Assembly (NCBI GenBank): GCA_964658305.1
Contig: OZ210885.1
Location: 1,984,001-2,048,000, forward strand
Reading direction: 5' to 3'
From: Leptogorgia sarmentosa
Taxonomy: Eukaryota
DNA length: 64,000 nt
In this document: positions 1-14,500 of the stretch, in pieces
How positions within the stretch are numbered: the stretch's first letter is position 1
How the letters are laid out: the number at the start of each line of letters is the position of its first letter
Notes under the pieces: generated by a model
What the model was told of the DNA's origin: nothing
Database searches by the model: none
The model's input: the letters and a program-made list of their open reading frames with translations, nothing else
Program-made: the position numbers and the translations under genes

Positions 1-257
1 ATTTGTGCTCTGTCGCTGATATTTAAACCTTTACGACATAAATATTGTCATCCTCGTTACGATACGAACATTTCACAGAAAATTCTAATTATTGCAGATT
101 AACTTGTGACTGTAAACAGTAGGTAGAAGTATGCCATTCAGAATCGACACAAGATTTGTTTTGATTGTTCGTGAAATGTACATTTCTTCTTCCCGCAAAA
201 TACACGCACGTCTCGTGGGGATTTCCCGCGCATGCTCAGTCAATTTTCCCACCTGTT

Positions 258-2517
258 TGTCGAGAGTAGTTTTTTCCGTTCACCTGAATAATTCCAAAAC
301 CACAATTTCCTGAGAGTCCTGGATCATCGCAACCTTCACTCCTTATGTAAATATCCAGGTATCCTGCAAAACGATGTCACAAATGCGGCCTGAATCGAGC
401 AGATTGAATGTAATTCTGACCTAATAATTCATTGTTATTAAATTTATTAATAAATTATATGCTACCCTGCCTAAAATGTTGTGAATACTGCCTTTGAAAG
501 AAGATTATTTATAGAAAAGTAAAACTACTGACCAAATTACCACAAAGTATGACCAAAAGTTTTGGTTGCTGTATAAGAGTATTTTCAGAAAAACAAAACA
601 ACGGACACTTGGGAAATTGAAAATATTTTGATACTTTATGTTTCGACCATAAGTTTTGGCAAAAATCAAAATAAATTACATCCATCGAATGAAATTTTGA
701 CATTTCGCCTCAAGAGGTTTCAAGTAAGACTTAAGAACTGTTCTCAATCCACTGGAAACAAGTCACAGACATTGCAAAGAAAGCATTCAAAAGGTCATCT
801 GTATGTGACAATATTCAACTCCGACAATATTCAAATACCAAAACAAAAAAATCCCAATCCTTGCACTACAATCCTTTTCAGTTGAAATGAGTGCATTTCA
901 AAGCTCTGCTAATGGTTCTCTTTATTAATCATAGCTACATAAAATATTTTTTGAAGACTGCACCCCCCCCCCCCCCCTCCCCCCGATAGAGCGCCGCCTT
1001 TGAGCAAGCGCTGCATCTGAGACACTGAAAATTTAAAGAGCGCCGCGGTGCTTGAACGTCGAGCAAATACGGCAGTAATTTAAACATTATACATGAAGCT
1101 CGATAAATGAAACAGATCGATAATTGGGGGACAATGAGTTCTTGTTGGAACAAAAATGACTTTTTAATTTATAGCTATATACCTGCTATATTGTCCTTTG
1201 ATGGTGTTGATTCCTACAGCAAAAAAAGGAGTGTTTTCACCCAATCGACAGTTCGTGTCTAGTAACGAAGAGGCAACGACATGCTGTCATTGCATGATAT
1301 AAGATCGTGTCATAATTAAAATAGCCATCTTACTGCAAACAAACTTTTATACATTACGTCACAATGGTCAATTATTTTCAGAGCTTCATACATGCATAAA
1401 GTAGAAAATGTATTTGGGCCTAATTAAGAATTTATGACTTGCAGCTTTTAGACAAATCCAGTATGAAAAATAAAAAATCTGTATTAGCTAATTACTCACG
1501 GTTTTTACATTTTGATAAAAAGACCACTCTCCACTTCCATGATCTTCTTTTCGTTGATCGATATGAGTTTTATTGCTGAGTTGGCAGTTTACTGCATATT
1601 TATTAGAGTTGGGACTGTAGTTGTAAGCCACACAGGTTGATTTTTGAAGACACCATAAAGAACATTCAATTTCGGAATGAACAGCGTGACTGGATATGAT
1701 ATCTTCTGGGGCCAATGACTCCGCTGTTTTATAAAAACGAATTTCTTGTTGTCAATAAATATCCATTGTACTGCTGGAACATTGTATAAGATGCTGCGTA
1801 TATCATCTCGCGTAACCAGGATTAAATGAAGCGTAAAATGATTTTGAGGTATTGAAATGAGTCATCGCATGAAACGAAACAAAACGTATTACGCAAGATC
1901 CATCTGGTACTATGAACAATGAAACAGGTAAATTTTATAAAATTCAATGCCCAACAACATTATTCAGTTTTACCTGTTCAACATTTGAGCAGAAATTTCG
2001 GAAGAAATGACGACAATAAAAAACTGTATAATATGACTCATTTCAATACTTCAAAATCATTTTGCTCATCATGATCAATCGATTTAATTCAAGGTAAGAG
2101 GATCATATAAGCAGCATGTGAAAAGATGGATAATTGAGGAGGCACATGCTCAAATATTCGTATTCACAGATCATAAAAACAACCGGTTTTAAAAAAATAA
2201 TTATGGAGCTCACGAATAATATGAATGTGCCCCCCATATATCATAAATCTTCCTACCGCATTGGTAGTACTGATATCATGCACTTGACATCTGTGATAGA
2301 AATAATATTTTTCATGACGTATAGGCAGCTGTAGACAAAAAAAAATTAGCAAAAAACACAAGTCTATATTTTTAGTAAACGTTTTACACTTACCATGATC
2401 CGTTACTTTCCTAGAATATTTTTGAGAATTCCAAAATGAGTCTGATTTGTATCCGCCAACTGAGACAAAAAAAGGAAAAATATCGAACAACAATAAACAC
2501 AATGTGATGGAAACCAT
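258..2517 (-). pseudogene. G1: PAN/Apple + ILEI secreted-protein paralogue; 5' part only, ILEI exon 1 interrupted
   Basis: Exons: signal peptide 2517-2394 (MVSITLCLLLFDIFPFFVSVGG...), PAN 1723-1500 (ECSLWCLQKSTCVAYNY...NCQLS), linker 1213-1183 (ESTPSKDNIAG), ILEI-1 363-~258 (GYLDIYIRSEGCDDPG...VNGKNYSR). Phases 1/0/1 are consistent. Identity to G5 stops at ~258 inside the exon; any remaining exons would lie left of the window. Confidence 0.75.
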
Positions 2518-2632
2518 TGTCACTGCTTGGATATATATGATATATCAATTGTGTATTCAAGCCCAAAGACAAGTAGTAATTTGATTAAGCCGAATCAATA
2601 TTGCAGGCAGGTGGAAATGTACGTAGACGTGC

Positions 2633-2643
2633 TTTATTTATAA
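2633..2643 (-). promoter_or_regulatory. Candidate TATA box upstream of G1 (equivalent at ~38634-38644 for G5)
   Basis: TATAAATAAA on the minus strand about 120 bp upstream of the ATG, next to a block (ttgcagg...ggaaa...agac) also recognisable upstream of G2 and G7. Confidence 0.3.
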
Positions 2644-4270
2644 TAATTAAATATACAAGCTTTTATATGACCTGAAATTACCGCAGGCTGATCCGTGGAA
2701 TTGCTTACACATTTTCATGTGCCTTTTTGTTTCTATTTTTTATTTTGGTCTTTACACCCTCGATCTATCTCCACATGCAGAACGCTAAATATTCAAATTT
2801 GGACCGATAGTTCATTGTGCATGTTGGACTATTCTTAGCATTCTAAAATGTCCTTTAAGCCAAAACATCTTGATCATGAATAATTATTTTTTTGTCATGG
2901 CAACTGTGATCGTGTGACAAACTACAATCGGAGTTTGGATTATATTACTTTCAAATTGCAATCGACGTCTCCAATCAAGCGAACTTGATCTTCCCAACTG
3001 GGACCGGCTCCGTTCTGTGTTAACAGTGACGAGTCAAATCTAAATTGCATTCCCATCTGTGATTTAGGACTGAACTGTATACATCAGAATATGTAAGCAA
3101 GCCAAGTCCTTTTAAATCTGAAAATATGTGTGAATAGACAGGGGCAGCGGAAGATCGATAATGGGGAGGGGCTTATTATATATTCGTGTTCATAGACCTT
3201 GTTCAACCTTGGTCAAACACTGAAATTACCATTACTATATATTAGAGTACTGAAACAGCTTCATTACAAATACTAAAATTCTGAAATTGAAATTTTTATT
3301 AAACATTCTTGCATGTTATTTGCAAGTACACACTTTTCAATTTACAAGGAAAACATTTTCTCACACAAAGTGTGTACAGGGACACGCTGTTTTAATGCGC
3401 AGGTGTTCCCTGAATGAAAATATCAAGAGTGAGCTAATAGAGCCAAAACAACAGTGGCAATGAAAGAGTATTCAACCCGTTCCGATTTCAGAGGTGGAAC
3501 TGAACATTTAGTAGGCATTATATGGGTTTTCAAAATTCTCTATTCTGATTGGTTGACAAGCGGTCCGTAAAAACCCATATCCGGATTGTGGTCCGTATTT
3601 TCCGTATCTTGACCGGTTCCACGGATGTTGTTTCTGGCTGAAAATTTCGCTTTTCAAGCAGAAAAGATTTTCACTTTTTAATTTTCCAATTTAAAATTTA
3701 CAGACAAAAAATTCAAACAGCCCAACTATTTTATTGAGCATGTATGTCTACCGTATACTTTAAGTGAAACTGATGACAGCCGATTTAACTTGCGCGAAAA
3801 ACATATGCTCAAAACTCAATTCAGCCACATATACGATAAACGGATTATTGACTTCACTTGTTCAGTCTGTACTGTGAAATATCAGGCCTCTTTTTTTGCA
3901 TTGACCTCGCTCCTTCGTCGCTCGGTCCATACTAAAAAACCTCGGTCTGATATTTCACAGTACAGACCTCACGCTCGGTCAATAACCCTTTATTATTGCA
4001 CAAGCAGCATACTGTACGTTTTTCATTTACCTAAAAACACTAAAACAGTTACGTACTATACATCGATTTTCAACTAAATAGACTATAAACACAACGATAC
4101 TGATAATTCCACAGGAGCGGAAGACCCAGGGGCATCATTTCAGTGATTCTACCATACATTTCTAAGGGGGGAAAATTACATTTATCAGTATAGTTCCCGC
4201 ATTTTGTTGATAATACTTGAAAACTTCTAAACTTACCGTTTCTTATTATGTTACTGGAAAACTGATCAGC

Positions 4271-7200
4271 TTAGCAATGATGCTTGGATCTTTCGTTTTG
4301 AACCTTTGAAAAATAGATTTAGTTGTAGCTAACTGATTTTTTCCAATGCACATGAATCAAGTTTTCTTCACAGAATGAAGCCAGTATTCTGCAAAATGTT
4401 GTGTGTGCTGATAACAGGTGAGTCCAACGTTAACACGACACGTTCAAATTTGATTGCTTCAGAGGCACGCGGTCACCTTTGAGCGATGTGATATAGTGGG
4501 CATGAAATTTGTTTTTGTTCACGAACATTTCCAAATTTGTGCAGAAACAGTAACAACAACAGTGGGTCGCACTAAATATTAATTTTAAATATATGAGTTT
4601 TAAAATATCTTCAGTTCTGATCTCCAAACTCGATAAATATACTAAATTACGGTGTTGTTATTGTCGCGACGGCGTAAAAACGATGAAGACAGCTTAACTC
4701 TCGTTTCACGGAGCAATCACGGCTCACCACAGCAATTATTGCCCATTCTTGGCTCACGAAAATACCCTTTACCTCCCTCATTTAAGGCTATACTTTTTTT
4801 ACTAAGTATTAGCTAACTTATATGTAAAAAACTACCTAACCTGTGTCAGTATAAAACTGAGGTAATTTACTCTCATGGTTGCTGTAAAAAAGATATGGCT
4901 TATCCAGCTGGATAAACCATCATCTTACCTGAGTTATAAAATTAGGCGCTCCGGGTCCTGACCATCCGAGAAGTGCGTACGAGCTACGCAAGTTCCCTTT
5001 CAATGGGTTCTCAGCTCCAAAATTCTTCAATGCTTCATAGGAAGTTTCGTTCATTCTGTTGCTACCCTCGTCTTGAATCGAAAACAAAACTAATCGTCTG
5101 AAATACAATTGGAATCATGGTGAGACAAAATAAAAATGTAACGATTTAGTTTGCACCTATGGAAAATAGTAATTATATTTATACGGGGAGACAATGTAAT
5201 TGCATACTTGAAAAAAAGCTCTCGCCTTTTATATAATCAGTAACAGAGAATACAAACCACATTCATTTTTTATGAGTCAATTATCAGATGCAGCCGCAAT
5301 GAATGAACGCTTGTGCCAACATGCACTTTTTTATACACCTTGTATATGCATGTATATAGGTATTAATGTTCTATTAATTTATTTAGACAATTTAGGAATT
5401 CAAAAAAAACTTCGACCTGTTTGAAGTTTTAATGACTCAACTGTCGCCTTTTAGAACGCATAATTTTTCATCTTTCACCTCATGAAAATACTTTTACCAT
5501 TCATATTATGCACTCTATAAAGATTCATTTGCACCACATACCTGGGTGCTATGGAATTTAGCAACGCAATCATCCGATCATCTGCGTTTTCATCTCCGTA
5601 TGTGTCGAAAGTTTCAGCTTGCTCGACGACGCCTACAAAAATTATGTAACTTTATGAGTCATGACGTCATTATAGGTGGTCAATAGATTGATAAACATAA
5701 TTTGTGCGAAATTGCCAAGAATTCTAATGTAAAATTTATATACCCAATAGCAGGAGAAGTAAGCTTGCGATTAATCTAAACCTACACCATCCACTGCATA
5801 TTTATCCAGGTGATCCAGATAACATGTTTTATCCACTAGAATGGTACATTTTAGATAATTGCGTCATTCGGCGTGGAACCTTGATCTCAGTCAATGGCTC
5901 TCTGTTATTTAACAATCATTGAATTCGGTTATCGTACGAAACGAAGAATTATCAAGCCCGAAGTTGCCGTTATCAACGTTATCTTAATTTCATTTTATTA
6001 TTTATTCAAAATATTCAAAAGTTTTTAGTAGCTACATTTCGCACCTGCGTGTTAAATTCTTCAAAATAATATAAACTTCTACTCTAGAAAAAAATTCTTA
6101 CGATCTCTTTTCAAAGTACTCTTCCAATCCATGCAACGATCGTTGTTTTTGTTTGATTTTTACAGGGATTTTTTTCGCATTTTTTGTCCAAATAGATGCG
6201 AATAGACGCCATGTTGTTTTTGTTCCTGTTTTTCAGGACCCCACTGAAAAACACTTCGGTGACGTGGGTATCCTGACTAAATATCAACATAATAATAATA
6301 GTAATGGCAGCGAGTCAACGTAATTCTCGTCGTAATAGTGATATGACGAAAATATGACAATTTTTTTTCGTATTGACTCTTTGACGTCATTATTTTGATA
6401 TGAATGTGAAAAATCCTTAGCTGTTTAGTTGATATGAGAAATTCACTGTTCGATCGCTGTTAGCCAAATCGGGAACGAGAAATATTTTAAATAAATAATA
6501 ATTACTATTAAAAGAAGACTCCGAGGCTAGAAAAGTACTTAGACGGCAATCATTCAAGTATGAATACAGGGTGTCCAAAAAAAAATAGAACCTGCATAAA
6601 TTAATTGTGCATTCGATAAAAATTTTATTAATTAGAACTATTGTTAGTTGCATGGTGACGATGCCAAGTTGTTGAAATAGTCTGTTTGGATAGATGAAAT
6701 TTACACGCTTTGATATGAGCTGCCCCCTCCAATGTTGACCCCGCCGCCACCCCCCCCCCCGGTTACCCCGCTTCAAATACCTGTATCGGCGTTGATGATC
6801 ACCAGGTTGTAGCCACGACCATTTGAAGAGTAGTCTTTACCGTTGACCTTAATAAATGCGCGACCAAATTCACCAGATCGTCCTTGATCATCACCACCTT
6901 CACTCCGGATATAGATACTCAGGTTTCCTGAATAATGAAAATGATCACTTTTGTGGTCTGAGTCACTTATTGCAACTATTGTAAAGAAATGCACTCAACT
7001 TGAAATGCACAGCACGCGAATGTAATATGAATATGAGCCCCTCCCCCCTCCCCCTCCCCCCTCCCCCTCCCCCCTCCCCCTCCCCCCTCCCAATTATCGA
7101 CTTCCGCCGCTGCTGTCTGTCAGTTTGAGATCTAGATCATCTTTGTTCTTACCACTTTTTTGTGATCAATAGTTATTCAATTGTGTAAAACTACCATAAG

Positions 7201-9452
7201 CTTAAGAGCCATACTCGTAGCGAGGTTCAGATTTGACTTCAACTACCACTGCCGCTACCATTAAGAGAAAAGATTTGTCAATCAGATTTGTCAAGTCTAC
7301 CCGGTTAACCAATCACATGCGCAATAGATCAGTGAGCGGTAGTGGAAGTCAAATCTGAACCTCGCTGTTCTCACCATGCGGTGTGTATCCGGTGCCATTG
7401 TAATGCGCACGGGATCTAAGAAATTTTTTTTCGGATTCAATTCTCGCAGTTTCACTACATTCCCTTTCACTATATCACTATATTTTTTAAAATTAGAATT
7501 AGTAGCTATTGACGACTTCCCAGAAGCCTTTCTATAATAAGTGATCTTTGGTGTTTTAAATAAAGTTCGCAGGAAGTCAGCAATGAATATACGTCATCGA
7601 AAGTTATTTAACACTTCTGCTTTTAATGCATGTTTGATCGCTAGGCATGTCTATGGCATTCATATACCTGTTATATTCTTGTTCGAGAGTTTTGCCAAAC
7701 AATTTGATTCAGCATATACCTAGGGAAGAAATACAACTGGCATATTATAAACATGGTATAGATAATTAATAAAAGACACAGTACTATATATATTACGATG
7801 ATAATGATTTAAGATTAAAACTGCAAATTGCATGGGTCCCACTAATGACTACGTAGCTATACATTTTGAGACTGAAATTTGCTTCAATTTAGACTGAGAA
7901 CCTGCTCCGTAAAAAGAGTTTAAAATAATACTGGAGCGAAATTATTACGCCCAAAACTATATTATTTTGTTTCAATTTCGGACGATAAACGCACAATATA
8001 TTTTTTCTAAATGGTTCATGGTTCCAGCACGCCATAAAAATTGTCTTTTGGAATATCTTAAATTCATAGCCCCCAAAATATAAAGTTTTTTTATTAATAT
8101 TCAAATGTTAAACTAAATAAATGTTTTCTTGGACTAGAAAGGAGAAAAAACCCAACGCCATGCACATCTATAGAATTAAATAATCCTCTAATATAGTAGA
8201 CGGTAAAGTTTGATCGCTAAAAGTTCTAAAATGTTGATTCGAAATATAAAATCTGTATTATGTACTCACAGATTTTACACTTTGATAAAAAGACCACTCT
8301 CCACTTTCATGATCTTCTTTTTGTTCAGTTTTATTGCTGAGTTGGCAGTTTACTGCATATTTATTAGAGTTGGGACGGTAGTTGTAAGCCACACAGGTTG
8401 ATTTTTGAAGACACCATAAAGAACATTCAATTTCGGAATGAACAGCGTGACTGGATATGATATCTTCTGGAGCCAATGAGGCACCTATTGTAGAATTTCA
8501 TATCAATCAAAACCTAAAACAAAACACGGCAGCTGCCTCTTCGGCAGTCGGCACCACGCAAAAACGCGTACCGCGCGAGTAACCCACGAATTTTATCCTG
8601 ACACGTTTTTAGCATTCCATATAATTATTTTAGTTCAATGTTTCCACAATGCGTGTTTCCGCACATTTCCCGTTCTCCCAAAATTGCGCATGCACTCGTG
8701 TTTACATAACTCGATGTAAACATGGAAAATGTTTTCTATTCCTTAAATAAAACGGTCAGCAGGCCTTTTTCAAGCCGAAATTTAGCTGACCACGTCGTTG
8801 AAGTGGTTATTTATCTTGAGTTCTTTGATATTCCTGACTTGATGGCGTAATGACCAGACGTGATCAACGTCACGGCACAGCAAGAGGTTGCAATAATTTA
8901 TACAGTCCGTTGCGTTGGGATCTCAGATATTGAATGTGAGGATATAAATCAATATACATTTATCACTTATTATTAAGTTGATAAGTTTTAATTTAACTTG
9001 TATTACCCTTTTTACAAGGGTTTTACAGTTTTTGGTTCACTTCAAACAAACTATATCCTGTTAAACATGATTCCCCATTCAAAATTATTGTCCGCGGTTC
9101 TACAGGCTTTTGCATACGATTCGAAATTTTATTCCGGCGCGTGTTTTAGTAAAAACAAGACATGTTGGGATGCTTATTTTTCGGAGAGTTAGAGAATATT
9201 TCATTATAATTATCCATGAAGCCTGATGAAGTCTAAATGCATGTTTTTGTAATATTATGCACATCCACATACAGATGAAACGCGCATCATGAAATACGAT
9301 TGGCAAAATAGTTACGTTTTCAACTTACCATGATCAGTTACTTTCTTAAAGTATTTTTGAGATATCAAAAATGAATTTGACCCTTGTCCGCTCACAGCAG
9401 CAAAGCCAACGAGAATATCAAACAACAATAAACACATTATAATGAAAAGCAT
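4271..9452 (-). CDS. G2: secreted PAN/Apple + ILEI/PANDER-domain protein; frameshift in last coding exon
   Basis: Exons 9452-9329, 8484-8270, 7719-7668, 6927-6781, 5632-5542, 5097-4929, 4303-4271, all GT-AG and in frame. ILEI motifs GRGYNLV..G, FDTY, SIQDEG, LRSSYALLGWSG. An 8-nt deletion relative to G6 gives VQNERSKHHC* instead of VQNERYKGPSIIAKLISFPVT*. Confidence 0.85.
7038..7090. repeat. (CCCCCT)n microsatellite
   Basis: About 9 consecutive CCCCCT units in a G2 intron. Confidence 0.9.
7221..7365. mobile_element. Short foldback/MITE-like element
   Basis: Inverted repeat gcgaggttcagatttgacttc..ctacc / ggtag..gaagtcaaatctgaacctcgc. Confidence 0.6.
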
Positions 9453-11548
9453 TGTTACTGCGTGAGTAGTATAAGAATATACTGAGCAATGATGATAATA
9501 AAGTCAAATGAAAATTGCAGGTATTTGTAGATGGAAATGAATATAGACCTACTTTTCAAATATTAATGAAACACGCACATGCAAATTATGGAACACTTAT
9601 ACACCTTTGTCCCGTAGTCATATAGTTTGTAATAATTAGGGCAGCAAAATTAATACAAAAGAAGGGTTGGTAATGGTTTCTTTTTGTAGGGGTATAGAAA
9701 ATACAGGCTCGTGTAGAATTACAACCACTACTGTGTTTATCAGTGCGTTTTTCAGCTATGGATATAGATCTAAATGAGTGAAATAATAACAAATGTTCTG
9801 TTGCACGTTTCTCACTAGAATATTCGTTCAATATGGTTTTAATCGTCATCACAAGCGGAAACTCGCATCAGAAGTTACAGCAATAGTTGCATGTGAATAC
9901 AACATGCAACATGCAACCCTTTTCAAAATTAATTGAGCGAGAATTATTGTATTATAGACTTACAGTACATATGTACAGATCCGTATTGTTTTCATACCGG
10001 GTTTCAGGTCTTAAAATGAGCTTGTCATGGTTAAATTGAATAACTTTATGAATTCATTTTTTATACTCAAAGATATTGACAGTCTCTTAATTACGTATAA
10101 CTTAATTGTTTTCACATCTAATTATTCAAAAAGTCGAACTTAGCAAGTGAAAGCTTGCAGGTGGATCTGTATAATTATTATGAGGCGCATGGACGCGTGT
10201 AGTTTGTTAACAATATTCACTTTTAAATGCTAATATTTAACTTATTTGTCACAAAATCAATAAGCTACATTGCCAAATTTGTTCCAATACGCGTGTCTGG
10301 TCAGTTTATTTTGCGTAGGGTCTCAACACAGAAAAGAGGCTCATCATGCATGAAAAGATATCTACCGAAAGATGTGTTAAATGAAATTTCAATGAAGTTT
10401 TGGAGAGAATTAAATGGAAAAGACTACAACGTTCATTTAATTAGAATTGAATTGTAGAATTACATGTACGTACGTAACTTTTATTAGTCTTGTTTGAGAT
10501 AAAGTTTTTCCATTATAAAAAAAAAGATAAAAGCTATATTTTCGATCCGAAGACCATTTTTATTTTCTTTATAATTAGCGCGGCCGCCATGTTTGTTTTG
10601 TTTTGAAGCAATGAACCAATCACAGTCGAGTAATATTTTAAGTATATTATTACAACTGTAAACGTTCTTTTATACACCCGTTGTACTGCAAATTAAAAAA
10701 CAATGACAACGTAACTTTTTATCTAATTCTATATGATGAGAAATTCCAGTGACCTTCTAGTCCAAGATTTTATAAAATTATTTCCTTGGTAAAAACAAAA
10801 ATGAGAACTTGCTGATTTTGCAGGCCATCTACCAGAAAATCCCTTCTGAAAGACCTTAAACAAAAGATGAAAATCACGCACATGTTAAAGCGGAATTTTT
10901 CTAGGTTTCCTAGTCCTGGTGAGAATTAATGTGTAATAATTATAAGTAGGGTAAAATTTGCAACGTGCATGATTGGCACGCATCTAGTTTTTGAAATTTT
11001 CCACCACTTTTTTTATTGACAAAAAGATAATAAAAATGCATATATATACTGCATTATTTTATACATACAAAAAAAATGTTTGATTTGTCTGCCTTCGCTC
11101 AGCTAAAGGAATGCATGTAGCTTCGTTGTTGCTGAACATGTTGAACATGCGTTATTAGATGTAAGGAGAATTGTGAGTCATTTTGATCTTCCCAATAAAG
11201 ATCTTTATTCATTTACTATTTTCCTGTATTATAAAAGAAATAGAAAAACTTGTCGGTGGTATGATACGAGGAGAAGTTTGGGAGTTGACTAATAGACGAG
11301 CGTTTGTGTTGTTTTAATGTTGTTTTCATTTCAAAACAAATTAGAATTTTTAATTATTTCCCAGGGGAATCCTGTATTATGTAATTTTAACAAAAGATGC
11401 ACAATCTATAAAAATATAGAGGACAGTATCTATATCCGTTTATACGAACTATGACGATTGCGCGATAATTCGGATTTATACTTTAATGACTTGCCGCTTT
11501 TGCAGGGTATCTTCCTGGATTCATATCTAACGACTTACCTCTTTTTGA

Positions 11549-14500
11549 CTACCATATTGGAAAGCCGATCACTTTAGAGATAATGCTTGGGCCCTTCCCT
11601 TCTCCGTTTTGAACCTGAGTATTTTAAAGATAAATTCGGTTACTAATAAGTCATTTGAATATACATAAATTAGGAGATGCAATCCAAATATAGATATAGA
11701 TGGCTCTGTAACAAATTTCACTATATTCTCTAACTATCCTGAAACTAAGTAGTCGTTTCGGCGAAAAGTCCGTTCGACAAAATGGTCATTCGACAAAATG
11801 GTCGTTCGACAAAATGGTCGTTCGACAAAATGGTCGTTCGACAAAATGGTCGTTCGACAAAGTGTCCGGTCACCATGCTCCTGAACCGAGCCAACAGAAT
11901 TCAAGAAAATTGACAACAATGACATTCCGTGTCCATGAAACTACATGTTTATTGTATTAATGACTGCCTAAATTGAGGCTATACTCCACTGCATAATTGT
12001 TCACCTTACCTGGGTTATAAAGTTAGGAGCTCCGGGACCTGACCATCCAATTAGTGCGTACGAACTACGGTAAATTCGTCTCAGAGGGTTTTGAGCTCCA
12101 ACCATCTCTAATGCTTCGTAACCTGGGTCAGTCATGTCACGGCTACCATCATCTTGAATGGCAATCAACACTAGTAATCTAATTTAGTGTGAAAAATTTA
12201 TCGTCAGGTAGCAATGAAAATGTACGGCATACAATGCACGTACGTGGTATAACTCGCATTACTTTCAACAAGAAGTGCCGTTTCGAGTGTTAGGCTGTGA
12301 CGAGGATATTAATTTTACAGCAAAATGAAACCCAAGGCAAGCTGAAAGTTCTGTGATGAGTGGGCCACCGCCTGACCTCAAAAACACTGGACTATCAACT
12401 AGCGATTACTGATTGGCTAAATCGTCGATAACACGACGACAGCCAACGACAAAAAACGAAATATCACGTTGAACGGTTGTTTAGTACTTTTTGTACGTTG
12501 TTTTAATTTAAACTTTCTGCAAAACGAGTCAAAATCATAAAGAAGCGATGGAATGTTAAAGTGTTACTGCAACGAATTTTTCGACCTCATTTTTTTTGCC
12601 TTAAATAAATATTCAGGTCGAAAGATGAAATTTGGTGTATAGATGACTTTTGTACGTTGAGTGGAAGTAACTAAATTTCGCCTCCAAACTTCGATACCGG
12701 ATGCGAACAAAACAGCCGCCATTTTGTCACCTTGTGACGTCACAAGTGTAACACGTTTAGCGAAGCTACTAGTAAATTGTATTGCGTTAGAGCTATACTC
12801 TGTGTTTCTCGCGCTTTTTTGGCCGGAAAAAAAATTCTTTTGAAACAAAACTTGAACATATGCATTTTAAGACAATATATTTTGCTCATGTCGAGTAACG
12901 AGTCTGGCGGGGACCCGCAATCGTGTGAAAGTTCAAGTGAAACTGCATGACATGTCACATCGCACTGCTTTGCGTACGACGATGAACCTATAGCAGAACC
13001 TGGGGAAACGAGTTGTGTTCCAGAGGATCCAGATGGATTGTTGCCAGCAACTATTGAACAAAGAAGCGACGGTAGAATAACTCTGGAACAGTGATAAGTG
13101 AAGGTTCAAGACTGTTTAGACTTTAGCCTAATTAAAATAGCCGACGTAGGCTAAATTTGAATGTATATTTTATTGCTTTTATTTAATATTCATCTGTAAT
13201 GATATATTGTTAATTTTAGTATCAATATATTGATATCAGTATAATTATTGATTCCACATTGCCGTCTCAATATCTCAGAACAAGTGTGTGTGTAAAAGAG
13301 CCCAATTTTATAGGCCCTTTCTTTTGGGCTTTCTTGCCTTCTATTTATTAAATTTGTAAATACTTAAGCTGTGGCAGAATAAATTGATTTCATTAATTGA
13401 TAAGGAAAATAGTCATAATTCATAGCAAGTTAATATTTAGCGATTTTGCTAACTCTAGATTCATATCGTAGCACGAATGAAGGCACGAGGTCGCTGTAGC
13501 GTCAAAACCCGGGTTATGTTTACAGACAAATTTCACGCACTTATTCCGTCTCTGAGCATCTGTTTCTTCATTAGGGAATAGATGCATAGATACTCCTTCA
13601 GTTTTGTTATCATTGGCGCAGCTAACTAAGTTAGGACCGCCAGCAACGCAGCGTTTTCCTCCGCGAGTAGCTTTACGTCTATTAGAAATATACGCCATGT
13701 TGACAATGTGTTACACTTGTGACGTCACACGGCATTAATATGGTGGTCGAAAAGTTCGCACGGAAGTAGCCAAAAATCGCAACTTTGAAAGGCCATAAAA
13801 TCCGTTTGAAAAGAGCAATTTTAATTCTGTTTGCGGTAAACATATTCGGAGAGTAAGTACTTTAAAATAAGCCAATAAAAAAGGGGTCGAAAAATTCGTT
13901 GCAGTAACACTTTAAAGTTGAATTTTTTAATTGTAATGATTTTAATGAAAATCCCAAATAATTTAATTAAATTAAATTATTTTAAATTAAATTAGATTAA
14001 ATTCCAATTGCCGTAAATAATCCATAAATACTATGTTCCTAGAATTAATATAATTATTAGTGATTAAGGCCGTAATATGGATGATTGTATTTCGCGTCGA
14101 ATCAAATGCTCCAACTTCTTCATGTCATATATTTATATAAAATAAATCACCCAACATGTACCATTTCTTTTCGTTACCTTTTTTCCAAAGATTTTAAGAA
14201 CTCGATCATTGGATGCACGTTGGCATTTTGAAAAGTGTCGAACGATGCACTTTGTTGAACAATTCCTGCAAAAAATAAAGTAATTAGCATTTAATAGCAC
14301 CTTGCGTTGGCGCTAATAACTACTGAGGTTTTAACCTGTCTGTAAATCCTTTTTTACAGTTGGCAGGGGAAAGAATGAAATTAAAGAACAAATCCAGTAG
14401 TAAACACATGCATCTGTAATTCTCGAGTAGTTCGCACTCCCAAAGTTTACTTCCAGACCTACTCAAGGCATGCGAGATCGCCTAAGATCGCCTGAAATCG

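Larger units (their letters stand above)
258..6628. repeat. Segmental duplication copy A (pairs with ~36259-42579)
   Basis: Colinear high identity across introns and intergenic DNA by direct reading. Confidence 0.95.
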
